This document shows, in pieces, positions 13,716 through 24,714 of a DNA stretch of 64,000 bases. Under the pieces are notes generated by a model. It searched no databases. It saw nothing but the letters and a program-made list of their open reading frames with translations, and was not told where the DNA came from. The stretch comes from Octopus bimaculoides (taxonomy: Eukaryota), in NCBI RefSeq assembly GCF_001194135.2, contig NC_069003.1:8833427-8897426 (forward strand), in the 5' to 3' direction. Every line of letters starts with the position of its first letter. The stretch's first letter is position 1. Position numbers and translations under genes: made by a program.

Positions 13716-14050
13716 NNNNNNNNNNNNNNNNNNNNNNNNNNNNNNNNNNNNNNNNNNNNNNNNNNNNNNNNNNNNNNNNNNNNNNNNNNNNNNNNNNNNN
13801 NNNNNNNNNNNNNNNNNNNNNNNNNNNNNNNNNNNNNNNNNNNNNNNNNNNNNNNNNNNNNNNNNNNNNNNNNNNNNNNNNNNNNNNNNNNNNNNNNNNN
13901 NNNNNNNNNNNNNNNNNNNNNNNNNNNNNNNNNNNNNNNNNNNNNNNNNNNNNNNNNNNNNNNNNNNNNNNNNNNNNNNNNNNNNNNNNNNNNNNNNNNN
14001 NNNNNNNNNNNNNNNNNNNNNNNNNNNNNNNNNNNNNNNNNNNNNNNNNN

Positions 14051-14211
14051 TTTTTTCTCCGTGTTTTTCTCCTTGTCTCCGTATTCTTTCTGTTGAAGAG
14101 CGTAGCTCGAAACGTCAAAGACTTTCCGTATTCCCGAGCGTCATACTAATATATACTTTTGTTATTTACACCACCTGTCCTCGTCTGTTGTTATTATTTG
14201 TATATTCTCCC
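14051..14211 (+). mobile_element. Second copy of hammerhead-bearing family G
   Basis: Collinear with 8160-8349 (TTCCCGAGCGT..ACTAATATA..TTTACAC..CTGTC). Confidence 0.7.
14085..14121 (+). ncRNA. Minimal type-I hammerhead ribozyme-like motif (variant core)
   Basis: TCTTT-CTGTTGA-A-GAGC(GTA)GCTC-GAAA-CGT-C-AAAGA: GUC site; helix I covaries with the 8224 copy; A6 replaced by U. Confidence 0.55.
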
Positions 14212-14497
14212 ATATATATATATATACATACACTATTTGCAATGAATAAAACTTTTTAGTGTTGTAAGAAAGCAGGATATCTTAAGTGTCTGTAAATTTG
14301 ACAAATATATCTTCGTTTCTTTTCTTCTCTTTTCTTTCTTCTTGCTTTTTTTTCTTCTTCTATATTCTCACCGAAATAGAATTCATCGTAAATATACGCA
14401 TGGCTACATCGGTAGAAAGAAAAAAGATGTCCTCTCTTAGCGTTCTTATTAAGCGATCACATCAATTATTACTGTTCGTTTCAGCAGGAAGATAAAT

Positions 14498-14850
14498 ATT
14501 TCTTCTTTCCTTCTTCTTCTTCTTTCCTTCTTCTTCTTTCCTTCTTCTTCTTCTTTTCTTCTTCTTCTTCTTCTCACCTCCCCCTTAGCATCTTATTATT
14601 TTCTTCTCACTCTGCTGCTGCTCCTCCTTCCCTCCCCTCCCCGCCCACTCCCTTTTCTTTCCTCCTCCTCCTCCTCCTCCTCCTTTCTCCTCCTCTTCTT
14701 CTTTCTCCTCCTCACCTCCTCCTTTGCTTCTTGTTCTTTTTCTTCTCACTCTCCTCCTCCTCCACCCCCCTCCCATATCCACTCCCTTTTCTCCCCTCCT
14801 CTTCCTCCTCTTTCTTTTTCTTCCTCTTCCTTTCTTTCTTCTTCACCTAC
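14498..14850. repeat. Polypyrimidine low-complexity tract (CTT/CCT)n
   Basis: Directly visible. Confidence 0.9.
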
Positions 14851-15354
14851 ACCCAATCACTAATATTATTTATCAAGACTGTCAACAAAGACCCACATCA
14901 TGTTGGTTTTCCCATCACTAAATTTCACCGGTCTTTTTTACAACTACAAAAATAATCTTTATTACCTGTTTAGAAATTTCTCCTCTTAAAAAAAAACAGA
15001 AAAATTCTTTCCCGTCGCGTAATTTACAAAGAATCTAAAATCCATTAATCACGTGGATGTTCGGTTTTTAGGTTCCGATGGATCGATTTGTTGATAAATT
15101 AATTTCCTCTATGTTCATCTCAAATGCAATTATTCTCAAACCGAATTTCATTCCCACGCTTTTAGCTAAATAGATAGTAATAGATAAGTATCTCCGTTGT
15201 GTCTTTTATATTTGTTTGTATTTCTATGGTCACAAATCTGATGAACCTTCTGCTCTAGTAGCCTCTGTCAAGACCTTTGAGCTTATTGCCCGCTTCCCTT
15301 CCCAGGCGCATCTTTTCTCTGTTGTGTTTTGTGTTAGTGAATTGGAAAACGGAC

Positions 15355-15582
15355 AGATAGACAGCACGCTGGTCGAAACGCTTATCCGTAAATCGCCCGT
15401 CACTACGTTCTGAGTTGATATTCCGCCGAGATCGACCTTGCCTTTTATCCTTTCGGGGTCGAGAAATTAAGTGTCAGTTGAGAACTGGGGTCGATATAAT
15501 CGACTTAACCCCTTACCCAAAATATTTCAGGCCTTGTGCCTATAGTAGAAAAGAATTATTATTATTATTATTATTATTATTA
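15355..15582 (+). mobile_element. SINE family D with (ATT)n tail
   Basis: TTCTGAGTTGATATTCCGCCGAGATCGACCTTGCCTTTTATCCTTTCGGGGTCGA..GGGGTCGATATAATCGAC then (ATT)n. Confidence 0.85.
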
Positions 15583-16122
15583 TCAAATTTTACTTCTCAT
15601 AGGTGTCGAATATACTTGCTCCGGTTAATTCTGTGTGAGCAGAATTCGGTGTTTGTTTTTTTTTTTACGTCTGTCTAGGACCCCAATTTGCAACGGAATA
15701 TGTGGTAGAAATTTTAATGTCTGCTTTACAACTTTCAACCAGGATGTAAATTGACTTGTAAAAAAATTACCAGCAAAAACGTGTTCGTAGTTCTAATCCC
15801 ACCGAGGTGAAATTTGCTTTAAAATACTCTCGGGATCAATAAAATGAAATACCAATCAAGTACTGCTGTCGATGGTATCTCCTAGCCATCTTTTCTCAAA
15901 ATTACTAGCTGTGTGTCTGAATATATTTCTTTAAAAATTACTTATATGAACCAGAAGCAGAATTAGATTAGAATAGCAACTGACATAGCATCTTCAATGT
16001 AAACACATCGCAGCAGGTAAAATTTTCCGCAGTATTCGTCCGAAGATGATATCTCATGTGGAAGCGTTTCATTTAAAATACGTAGTATTCTTTTATTCGT
16101 TTATTCTTTTATTCTCTAATCA

Positions 16123-16287
16123 TTTTACTTGTTTCAGTCATTTACTGGAGCATCGCTAATTTTTGTCAACCTAGCAGACTGGAGCAACGTGAAATAAAAT
16201 GTCTTGCTGAAGGACGCAACATGCCGCAGAGAATCGAACACTTGACCTCACGATCATAAGCCGAATATCTTAACCAATAATCCATGC
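16123..16287 (-). mobile_element. SINE with family-B head/core and family-A-like 3' end
   Basis: Minus strand: TATTGGTTAAGATATTCGGC..GTGTTCGATTC..CCTTCAGCAAGACATTTTATTTCACGTTGCTCCAG..AAATGACTGAAACAAGTAAAA. Confidence 0.75.
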
Positions 16288-16299
16288 ATTTTCCCTCCA

Positions 16300-16345
<46 letters not shown>

Positions 16346-16509
16346 TGGTAATCCGAGAAAGTCAAATCTGCAATTCCCTGTTGAACAACCGTCACAGATA
16401 AAATTGTTTATAGTCTTCAAATATTTGTACCGTATATTAGCTCACTGCCTCCATCAAATCAGCACTGCTTGTACAGCTGCATGGTATGTCATACGTTAGA
16501 CATTGAAGT

Positions 16510-16636
16510 GATCGCAGAGTAACGTGAATTAAAACGTTTATTGCTCAAGGAGTCAACGCAAAGCCCGGTCCAATAATCGAAGCCATGATCTCGCGATCGT
16601 GAGCGCGGCATCATATTCAATATGCTACGCGCCCTC
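16510..16636 (-). mobile_element. SINE family B head/core fragment
   Basis: Minus strand has a TTCGATT B-box-like element and CCTTGAGCAA..TTCACGTT core. Confidence 0.6.
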
Positions 16637-18304
16637 AGAATATATTACATAATGTGGTTTTAAAGACAGCGCGCCCGTAGGAGATATCATCTCCAGACGA
16701 ACCCCTCCGTAAATTATGCCTATTATGATGTATTTATATTAAGATGATATACGTAAATGGCAACCTTTCTTTAAGTATATTAGCGATACGTGTGAAGTGA
16801 AATGACTTTGATGAGAAATCAAAAAGATCTGAAACAGAATGTCGGCCATGTTACTTTTTCGTTGCTTGTCACGGAACGCAACACGAGACACTCACCATAT
16901 TGAATACAAGCTGAAAGATTTCCGACATTTTTAATTAACACTGAAAAGGAAATTATCGGATTGGAAAACGCTTTAGGCTAAATTAAAAATTTGAATTAAA
17001 TTTCATATATTAAATCTTTCAGAAGAATATGAAGAAATTTTAATCGTGTAACAATTGAGCAACAATAATAGGTGATGTAATTAGTCAGGTAATAAAGACA
17101 ATTTCATTGGATCTTTGAATATTATAGCGAGGCTGTGTTAAATTGAAGACTCTCTTCTATCGTGTATCACACTTGTTCATGTTTTTTCTTTTTATTTTAT
17201 TTCTTTTATTTTTCGCTCCTCTTCTTTATACAAATTCTCGTTTATTATTATCAAAGATAGCAATCCAATTATATATTTCTTTGAACAGCTCCTTCTTTTC
17301 GCTTTATATATAAACATTAATCAGAGAAAAACTAATACAACTAGATGTATTTTTTTTGTTTTCGAATACACTTCAAATTCTCTTTAATGGCGTTTCCCAA
17401 TCTTTTATCCATTTATTATTATTGTTATTATTATTATCATTATTATTATTATTGTTGTTGTTGTTGTTACTACTACTACTACTACTACTACAAATGCTAG
17501 TATTTCTTTTGGCTATGAAACCTGAAGAAGAAAATCGCGGTTGTGATAAAACAGCTTATTAATTCTAACACAAAAATTACGCGCACATATATATATACAT
17601 ACATGCACACGCACACATACGCAAACATACACTCATATACATCTATACATATATATACATCCACCTACATATATACGCATACACATAAATATACACATAC
17701 ACGCACGTATGCTTCATCAATAAATTTAAGCTCTAAATTTCCCCTGGAATTAAATTTCAGTTTAGAATCAGTCAGCAAAAAAGATAACTTAAACAGTTTG
17801 ATGTGTTCATATTGCCTTCAGTACAGAGTTTTTATGTTTTTCTTTTATTTCTTCACTTTTTTTTTTGTTATGCGTTCAAAATGTGATTATATATGAGAAC
17901 CAAATCCATGTTTGTATATAGCATCACCGCTGCGTCTCTTTGTAGGCCATCGCATTATCCAGTGTGAGGGCTGATAAGCTCTCTAATGTTTCGTTTGTGA
18001 CAAATCGGCCACGGTATGACGCTCTTTAACTCTTTTATTAGTATCAACCTCAGCCCGTGAGGCACGGCCATGCCAGAGCACGATTGTTAATGATTCAGAT
18101 AAGACTGAAGTTTGTCGGGAGCTCAAAGATTCACGAGACCAAAGCATAACCTGGTTTTCCGCAACGAATAAATGACCGAAATCAAAATACTTCCACAGCC
18201 AATCCGTCGCAGGTTAAATTCTCCATCAAATGCTGGATAAGGGAATCGAAACGCTCCATCATCATTCCAGAAAAGAATAATGGTAAACCGAGTTTATTTA
18301 AGTA

Positions 18305-18684
18305 GAAGACCGGGCAACTAAAATGAGATCGCAGCCATGGCCGATGCCAGTGTTGCATGTCCGGGCCATTTAAAAGTACCCTTCGTGCGTCGGGCGATAT
18401 GATATGCTTGAGAAGACCTGTTGAATCAAGTAAAACCAAAATCGTAACTGTGGCCAGTGTCCTCTAACTGGCTCCCGTTCCGGTGGTACGTAAAATGCAT
18501 CATCTGAACGTGGACGAAGCCAGTGCCCCCCAACTGGGTCCCGTGCCGGTGGCACATAAAAATCACTATCCGAACATCATCGATATCAGGCCCGCCTCAC
18601 TGGTCCTGTGCCGGTGGCACGTAAAAAGTTCCAACTACACTCTCGGAATGGTTGGCGTTAGGAAGGGCATCCAGCTGTAGAAAC
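18305..18684 (+). mobile_element. RTE-like 5'-region repeat with three internal ~65-bp tandem units
   Basis: Units at 18453-18501, 18519-18566 and 18586-18630 (CCAGT..ACTGG..GTGCCGGTGGCACGTAAAAA), ending GGCGTTAGGAAGGGCATCCAGCTGTAGAAAC, recalled as an RTE-associated motif. Confidence 0.55.
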
Positions 18685-18944
18685 AGACAGACATATTTCT
18701 GTAATACCGCACAAGACACAGACATGGGAACGATCTAAGTCTTATATTATATTAATTCGACCATCTACAGATCTCCAATCTAATCGAATATATTCTACTA
18801 TAAACGAACGATTCAATAAGTCGGCCTTAGATCGAAGTATGACATTTGAATTAACAGTTTATGAAAACAAAATCTTGGGTTAGGTTAGGCACACTACAAA
18901 ACTAAAAACAACCTTTTTAAGTGCTTTCAGTGTTCGAAGAAATG

Positions 18945-19345
18945 GAGGAAGAATGAAATAATGATAATAACATTAATAATAATAATAATGATAATAATAA
19001 GAATGATAATGATGATAATAATAATAGTATTGGTGGTGGTGATGATGATGATGGTGACCATAGTAATAATAATAAGACGAAGATGATGATGATGATGATG
19101 ATGATGAATTGAAGAAAACGACGAAGAAGATGAAGAAGGAAGAGGAGAAAAAGAAGTAAAAGAAGAAGAATTGAAGGAGAAGGAAGAATAGGAGGAAGAG
19201 GAGGGGTAAAGAAGAATTGAAGAAGACGAAGACAAAGAAGAAAGAGGAGGAAAAAAGAATTTAAGTAGACTAAGAAGGACAATAACAGCCACGACGACGA
19301 CGACACCATCAACAACAACAATAACAATAATAGCAACAATAACAA
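18945..19345. repeat. Mixed trinucleotide low-complexity tract (AAT/GAT/GAA/CAA)
   Basis: Directly visible. Confidence 0.9.
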
Positions 19346-20187
19346 CAAGAATACAGGAACATGAAGAAAGGGGAAATGGAAAATAAACGTTTTAAAAGGC
19401 TGATAGAAATCTTTCGAGCTCTTTTGCTTCAGTTTTTCTCTTTTTTCTTTTTTCCTCGTTTGAAAATCAAAGACGTAATCTTCCAAGGATCAATCTCTGA
19501 TGGTGATGATGNNNNNNNNNNNNNNNNNNNNNNNNNNNNNNNNNNNNNNNNNNNNNNNNNNNNNNNNNNNNNNNNNNNNNNNNNNNNNNNNNNNNNNNNN
19601 NNNNNNNNNNNNNNNNNNNNNNNNNNNNNNNNNNNNNNNNNNNNNNNNNNNNNNNNNNNNNNNNNNNNNNNNNNNNNNNNNNNNNNNNNNNNNNNNNNNN
19701 NNNNNNNNNNNNNNNNNNNNNNNNNNNNNNNNNNNNNNNNNNNNNNNNNNNNNNNNNNNNNNNNNNNNNNNNNNNNNNNNNNNNNNNNNNNNNNNNNNNN
19801 NNNNNNNNNNNNNNNNNNNNNNNNNNNNNNNNNNNNNNNNNNNNNNNNNNNNNNNNNNNNNNNNNNNNNNNNNNNNNNNNNNNNNNNNNNNNNNNNNNNN
19901 NNNNNNNNNNNNNNNNNNNNNNNNNNNNNNNNNNNNNNNNNNNNNNNNNNNNNNNNNNNNNNNNNNNNNNNNNNNNNNNNNNNNNNNNNNNNNNNNNNNN
20001 NNNNNNNNNNNNNNNNNNNNNNNNNNNNNNNNNNNNNNNNNNNNNNNNNNNNNNNNNNNNNNNNNNNNNNNNNNNNNNNNNNNNNNNNNNNNNNNNNNNN
20101 NNNNNNNNNNNNNNNNNNNNNNNNNNNNNNNNNNNNNNNNNNNNNNNNNNNNNNNNNNNNNNNNNNNNNNNNNNNNNNNNNNNNNNN

Positions 20188-20222
<35 letters not shown>

Positions 20223-20549
20223 TCGGAATCTGGATTGTATTCATGATACGGAAAGATGGTGGATAAATGGATAAGCTTCAGGATAACGACAATAATAGCA
20301 ATCAATTGGTGGCGACATTATTTTTGAAATATGGATGGATCTGGAGATTTTGTTTTCCCAGAAAAGTAAATCTTTTTTGTGCTGCTATTTTTACTAAGAT
20401 TATTGAGGACAAAAACGGGAGGATTATTAAATAAGACCTGTAATAAAATACAGTTATAATCTCCATTAATATTAACAATCTTACGCTTTTTGTTCTGACT
20501 CATAATCATAATTTTAAATAAGAGGATAGGATCATATCCATATTTTTTA

Positions 20550-20665
20550 GGAAGGGGTAGTATGTTAAGTCTACCCTGATTACTTCACTGGCATTTATAT
20601 CATCGACCCCGAACGGGTGAAAGGTAAAGTTGAAAATCTTAGGTTTTGAACTCAGAACGCAAAGC
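20550..20665 (-). mobile_element. SINE family D central fragment
   Basis: ATCGACCCCGAACGGGTGAAAGGTAAAGTTGA..TTTGAACTCAGAACG is the reverse complement of the D core. Confidence 0.7.
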
Positions 20666-22025
20666 GCTGTAGTATAAGACCGGAAGTGATATCCTCCAAT
20701 GCTTCCGTAATTATATCAAATCCACAATGGGTACAGGGTTGCAAAAGGTGTCTCAAGCACAGCCTGCTGATCATGGTTGGTGAGCTGCTACGGGAGGGAA
20801 TACTATTTCAACTGTTTCGAGCAAGGTAACTTCTTATGCATAGTATTCAAGTGGGAGAGAACTCCTTATCCCAATACGCGTTCACCATCGGATCTATAAA
20901 GCCAGTCCAGTTCAGATCACACGAGGTCACACGAGATATACAAGTAAATCCTGCTTCTTAGTCAACTTCAACAACGAAGATCAAACTACACAGATAAATG
21001 CCCTACTTGGTCGGCCTTCTATTGGAAGACGTTTATAACAACCGATAATTGACTGGAAGCATTTCCAGAAGTGTTAAAAGTAAAGAAGTAGCTCTCCTTG
21101 GGAATGGTTGGCGCAAGGGGTAAATCACTGACAATCTGAAACAATCCGAAACACGCTGATTGGTGCAATTCCGGCATATCACTCCACGACAATTTCACCT
21201 TAAAGAATTCGTCAGCTGATCAATAAACCTGGCCTTGGGGTAACTCTTTTTGGAAACAATCCGAAAGCTTGATTAGGTTCGTCTATTAATATATTGGTGT
21301 GTTCCTCAGTGCAGCCGGTTTAGTTGCAATTTCAGAATATAAACCGCGTAAACGTACAACGGCATCAGCTTCAAGATCATGTTCGGTGCCATATGACTCG
21401 AGTGGGATCTTTCTCATTGTTCTTGAACGTCTTGACACTTGAACGTACCTCTAAGTTACGGGCACATACACAAACCAAAACCGTTTGTTAAACAGTGGTG
21501 CTGGCGGCGGGGTGGGGGGTCATATATTCAGAAATGTATATTAAAACCAGCAAGAAGACTAATGGAATCGGAATAAAAATTTAGGTTGCAAAATGGTTTT
21601 TAAAATGTATTTCTTTCTCTTCCTTTTCTTTTTTTTTTTTGTTCTTTGTTATTCTTTCTTGAAATACGTTCTCTGGAGATTCCACATTTAACTAAATTCT
21701 GAACGTAGCAAATAATGACATGTGTTCGTGTCCACTGTTGGCTAGTTTCTCTCTCTAAAGTTTGAATTACAGCCAAAATAAACAATGGCAGTCGGACAAC
21801 ATACACACAAATAGATACATACATACATTTACACGCACACATATACATGTATACATATATATATATACATATATATATATACATATACATATATCGGTAT
21901 GTGTGCGTGTGTGTGTGTATGTGTGTGTGTGTACATATAAACACATGTACACACGCGTGTACACACACAGTTATTCAAGAATAGAGTGTATTACTTCACA
22001 AAACACCGAAATTGAATTAATATAT

Positions 22026-22056
<31 letters not shown>

Positions 22057-22911
22057 AATATAAATATATATATATANNNNNNNNNNNNNNNNNNNNNNNN
22101 NNNNNNNNNNNNNNNNNNNNNNNNNNNNNNNNNNNNNNNNNNNNNNNNNNNNNNNNNNNNNNNNNNNNNNNNNNNNNNNNNNNNNNNNNNNNNNNNNNNN
22201 NNNNNNNNNNNNNNNNNNNNNNNNNNNNNNNNNNNNNNNNNNNNNNNNNNNNNNNNNNNNNNNNNNNNNNNNNNNNNNNNNNNNNNNNNNNNNNNNNNNN
22301 NNNNNNNNNNNNNNNNNNNNNNNNNNNNNNNNNNNNNNNNNNNNNNNNNNNNNNNNNNNNNNNNNNNNNNNNNNNNNNNNNNNNNNNNNNNNNNNNNNNN
22401 NNNNNNNNNNNNNNNNNNNNNNNNNNNNNNNNNNNNNNNNNNNNNNNNNNNNNNNTATATATGTATATATATGCATGTATATATGTGTTTGTTTATGTAT
22501 GTATATATATATATATATATACTTGTACGTGCCTTTATATATATGTGTGCATGTGTTTATATATGTATTTATATTATAATTTATGTATATAAATGAGTCA
22601 TCTTGAGAGAGAGAGAGAGAGAGAGAGAAAATTATCGATTACATCTAGTAGATATTACATCCACTCTGATCATTTTATTCACATTCGATTTCAATGGCAC
22701 TTGTTGCGGTCATTTCCACTGAATTATTTATCTATTCTTCTCTACATTTTATTATTATTATCATTGTTTTTATTTTATTGTTTTGTTACTCTAAATTTTT
22801 TTCTGTTGTTTTTATGCTATTGCTTCAGATGCCACGTCTCTGTCCATTTCAGTAAGTAACTCGCCACGATTCATGATTCTTTGAAAGCGTATTAGAAATT
22901 CGATAACCTAT

Positions 22912-23060
22912 TATGTTAAGAGCATTGAGCTCATAGTCATGAAATAACTCCGTGAGTTCGATTCCCGAATCGGGTGGAACGTTGTCTCCTTGAGCAAGAT
23001 AATCCATTTCACGTTGGTCCAGTCAACTCAGCTGCACAAAGGAAATGAGTAACCCCAGCC
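22912..23060 (+). mobile_element. SINE family B head/core
   Basis: GAGTTCGATTCCCG B box, then GTCTCCTTGAGCAAGA..ATTTCACGTTGGTCCAGTCAACTCAGCTG..AAATGAGTA. Confidence 0.7.
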
Positions 23061-23169
23061 GAACACTAATGCAGTCTTCTCTCTTTCTCCATTTTATACA
23101 TCCTAAATGGTTCGTAGGGCTTAGATGGCGTTTGTGTCAGTTTGCAACCACATAGAGTTGGCAAAAGAA

Positions 23170-23675
23170 CTATTAAAAACATACAGTTGTATATTTAAGA
23201 GATGAGGAATTATGTACATTACTTACATTAATTACATTATTTACATTTGACGGATATTTGTCCTCATCTTGTTTGCTGTTAACACAACGTTTCGGCTGAT
23301 ATACCCTCCAGCCTTCATTAGGTATCTTGGGGAAATTTCGAATCTGGGTTCCCATTGCTAATATATTTTTCGATGTTATTATTATTATTATTATTATCAT
23401 TATTATCATTATTATGTTGTTGTTTTTGTCTTCTTTCTTCAAATATTCTTCCATTTCTTGCCGAGTGTTATCCGTACACCTAGGGCAGAGAAGCTCATTG
23501 TATGCATTTCCAGTTTACACACGCAAATTCACCGGTAAAATATGCATTTAAAAATAAATAAATAAATAAATGAATTCATGAATAGATGTTGTTTTCACAG
23601 CGATAATGCTCTTCTCAGTACATGAGTCGTTCCAGTTAACACGACTTTTTGCACTTCCTGTAGGGATGGTAAGCC

Positions 23676-23731
<56 letters not shown>

Positions 23732-23808
23732 TCATTGCCTGGAATCGAACAAAAAAATCTTGGGGTTTGTAGCTCGCAGTCGTAACCACTAAGCCACTGG
23801 CATATGGC
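23170..23808 (-). mobile_element. Putative tRNA-headed, hammerhead-tailed element (head 23726-23808, tail 23170-23410), apparently split at its internal (AAT)n
   Basis: Head has A box TGGCTTAGTGG and B box GTTCGATTCC; both parts are on the minus strand and both abut (ATT)n tracts; ~250 bp of unrelated sequence lies between them. Confidence 0.55.
23281..23326 (-). ncRNA. Minimal type-I hammerhead ribozyme-like motif
   Basis: Minus strand GATAC-CTAATGA-A-GGCTG(GAGGGTATAT)CAGCC-GAAA-CGT-T-GTGTT: helix II 5 bp, palindromic ACGT, GUU site, helix I 5 bp with two G-U pairs; G5 replaced by A. Confidence 0.6.
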
Positions 23809-23978
23809 GCAGGGGTTATGAGCGCGGGCTACTAACCCCAACATTTGTTTAAGGCGACGGCCTGGTGGTACCATCAGCACGCTTGATAAAATGCTTAGTG
23901 GCATTTCGCAGCTACGTGGAAATAAGGCAGTGAGCTGGCAGATATCGAACCGGAAAAAAAAATGCTTAGCGGCATTTC

Positions 23979-24714
23979 GGATCTATTTTAAAACGGGGGC
24001 CACAGTTTTCATTAATGTTTTACGTAGTGTTTTTGGTACGGAAAGACTTTCAAACTTCGTATACTTATCTATTTTGTGTTATAGAACAGAAAAATATTTT
24101 TGTATTCGAATTTATTTCATGTAAAAAATTGTCTTATTTCGATAATTTCAACCAATCACTGACAAGTATTCAGTTGTTTACATTTACTCCTTTGACTGAT
24201 TAAGCGGTGTAAAGCGTATCTNNNNNNNNNNNNNNNNNNNNNNNNNNNNNNNNNNNNNNNNNNNNNNNNNNNNNNNNNNNNNNNNNNNNNNNNNNNNNNN
24301 NNNNNNNNNNNNNNNNNNNNNNNNNNNNNNNNNNNNNNNNNNNNNNNNNNNNNNNNNNNNCTAACCCTAACCGTAGGGTTAGGGTTAGGGTTAGCCTATA
24401 ATAGAAAGGTTTATTAGCTACTGCCAATATGCTTCAGCCATTTTTTGACAAGGAAATAATAATTTTATCACCGATAGAATTGTTTCAGAATCGTTTGTTT
24501 ATGTAGTCGGCACTTAATGTATATCGGCTGAATGGACGTCAGTGATTGGTTGAAATTACAGAAATACGACAACTTTAACATGGAATAATTTAGGGATTTC
24601 TTTTTTTTTAAGACTAATAGAAAAAGATGTTTTATATGACACATTCTACCAGTGTTCCAACTTTCAAAGTGTTTCGTTAAGAAAATACTGTGGCCCCCGT
24701 TTTAAAATAGATCC
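23979..24714. mobile_element. Non-autonomous DNA transposon (MITE), 28-bp perfect TIRs, 8-bp TSD
   Basis: TIR GGATCTATTTTAAAACGGGGGCCACAGT at 23979-24006 and its reverse complement at 24687-24714; TSD GGCATTTC at 23971-23978 and 24715-24722; internal gap 24222-24360. Confidence 0.92.
24361..24394. repeat. Head-to-head telomere-like (CCCTAA)/(TTAGGG) repeat inside the MITE
   Basis: CTAACCCTAACC-GT-AGGGTTAGGGTTAGGGTTAG immediately after the gap. Confidence 0.85.

Noticed and set aside
18453-18630. CRISPR-like repeat-spacer array
   Set aside because: Eukaryotic context, degenerate units, very short non-unique spacers and no cas genes; it is an internal tandem repeat of a retroelement-like sequence.
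19361-20266. Long ORFs of 200-345 aa spanning X runs (also at 21762, 31815, 34167, 48636, 58144)
   Set aside because: Open only because N gaps contain no stop codons.
24361-24394. Telomere fusion site or true telomere
   Set aside because: Short tract enclosed by transposon TIRs and a TSD.
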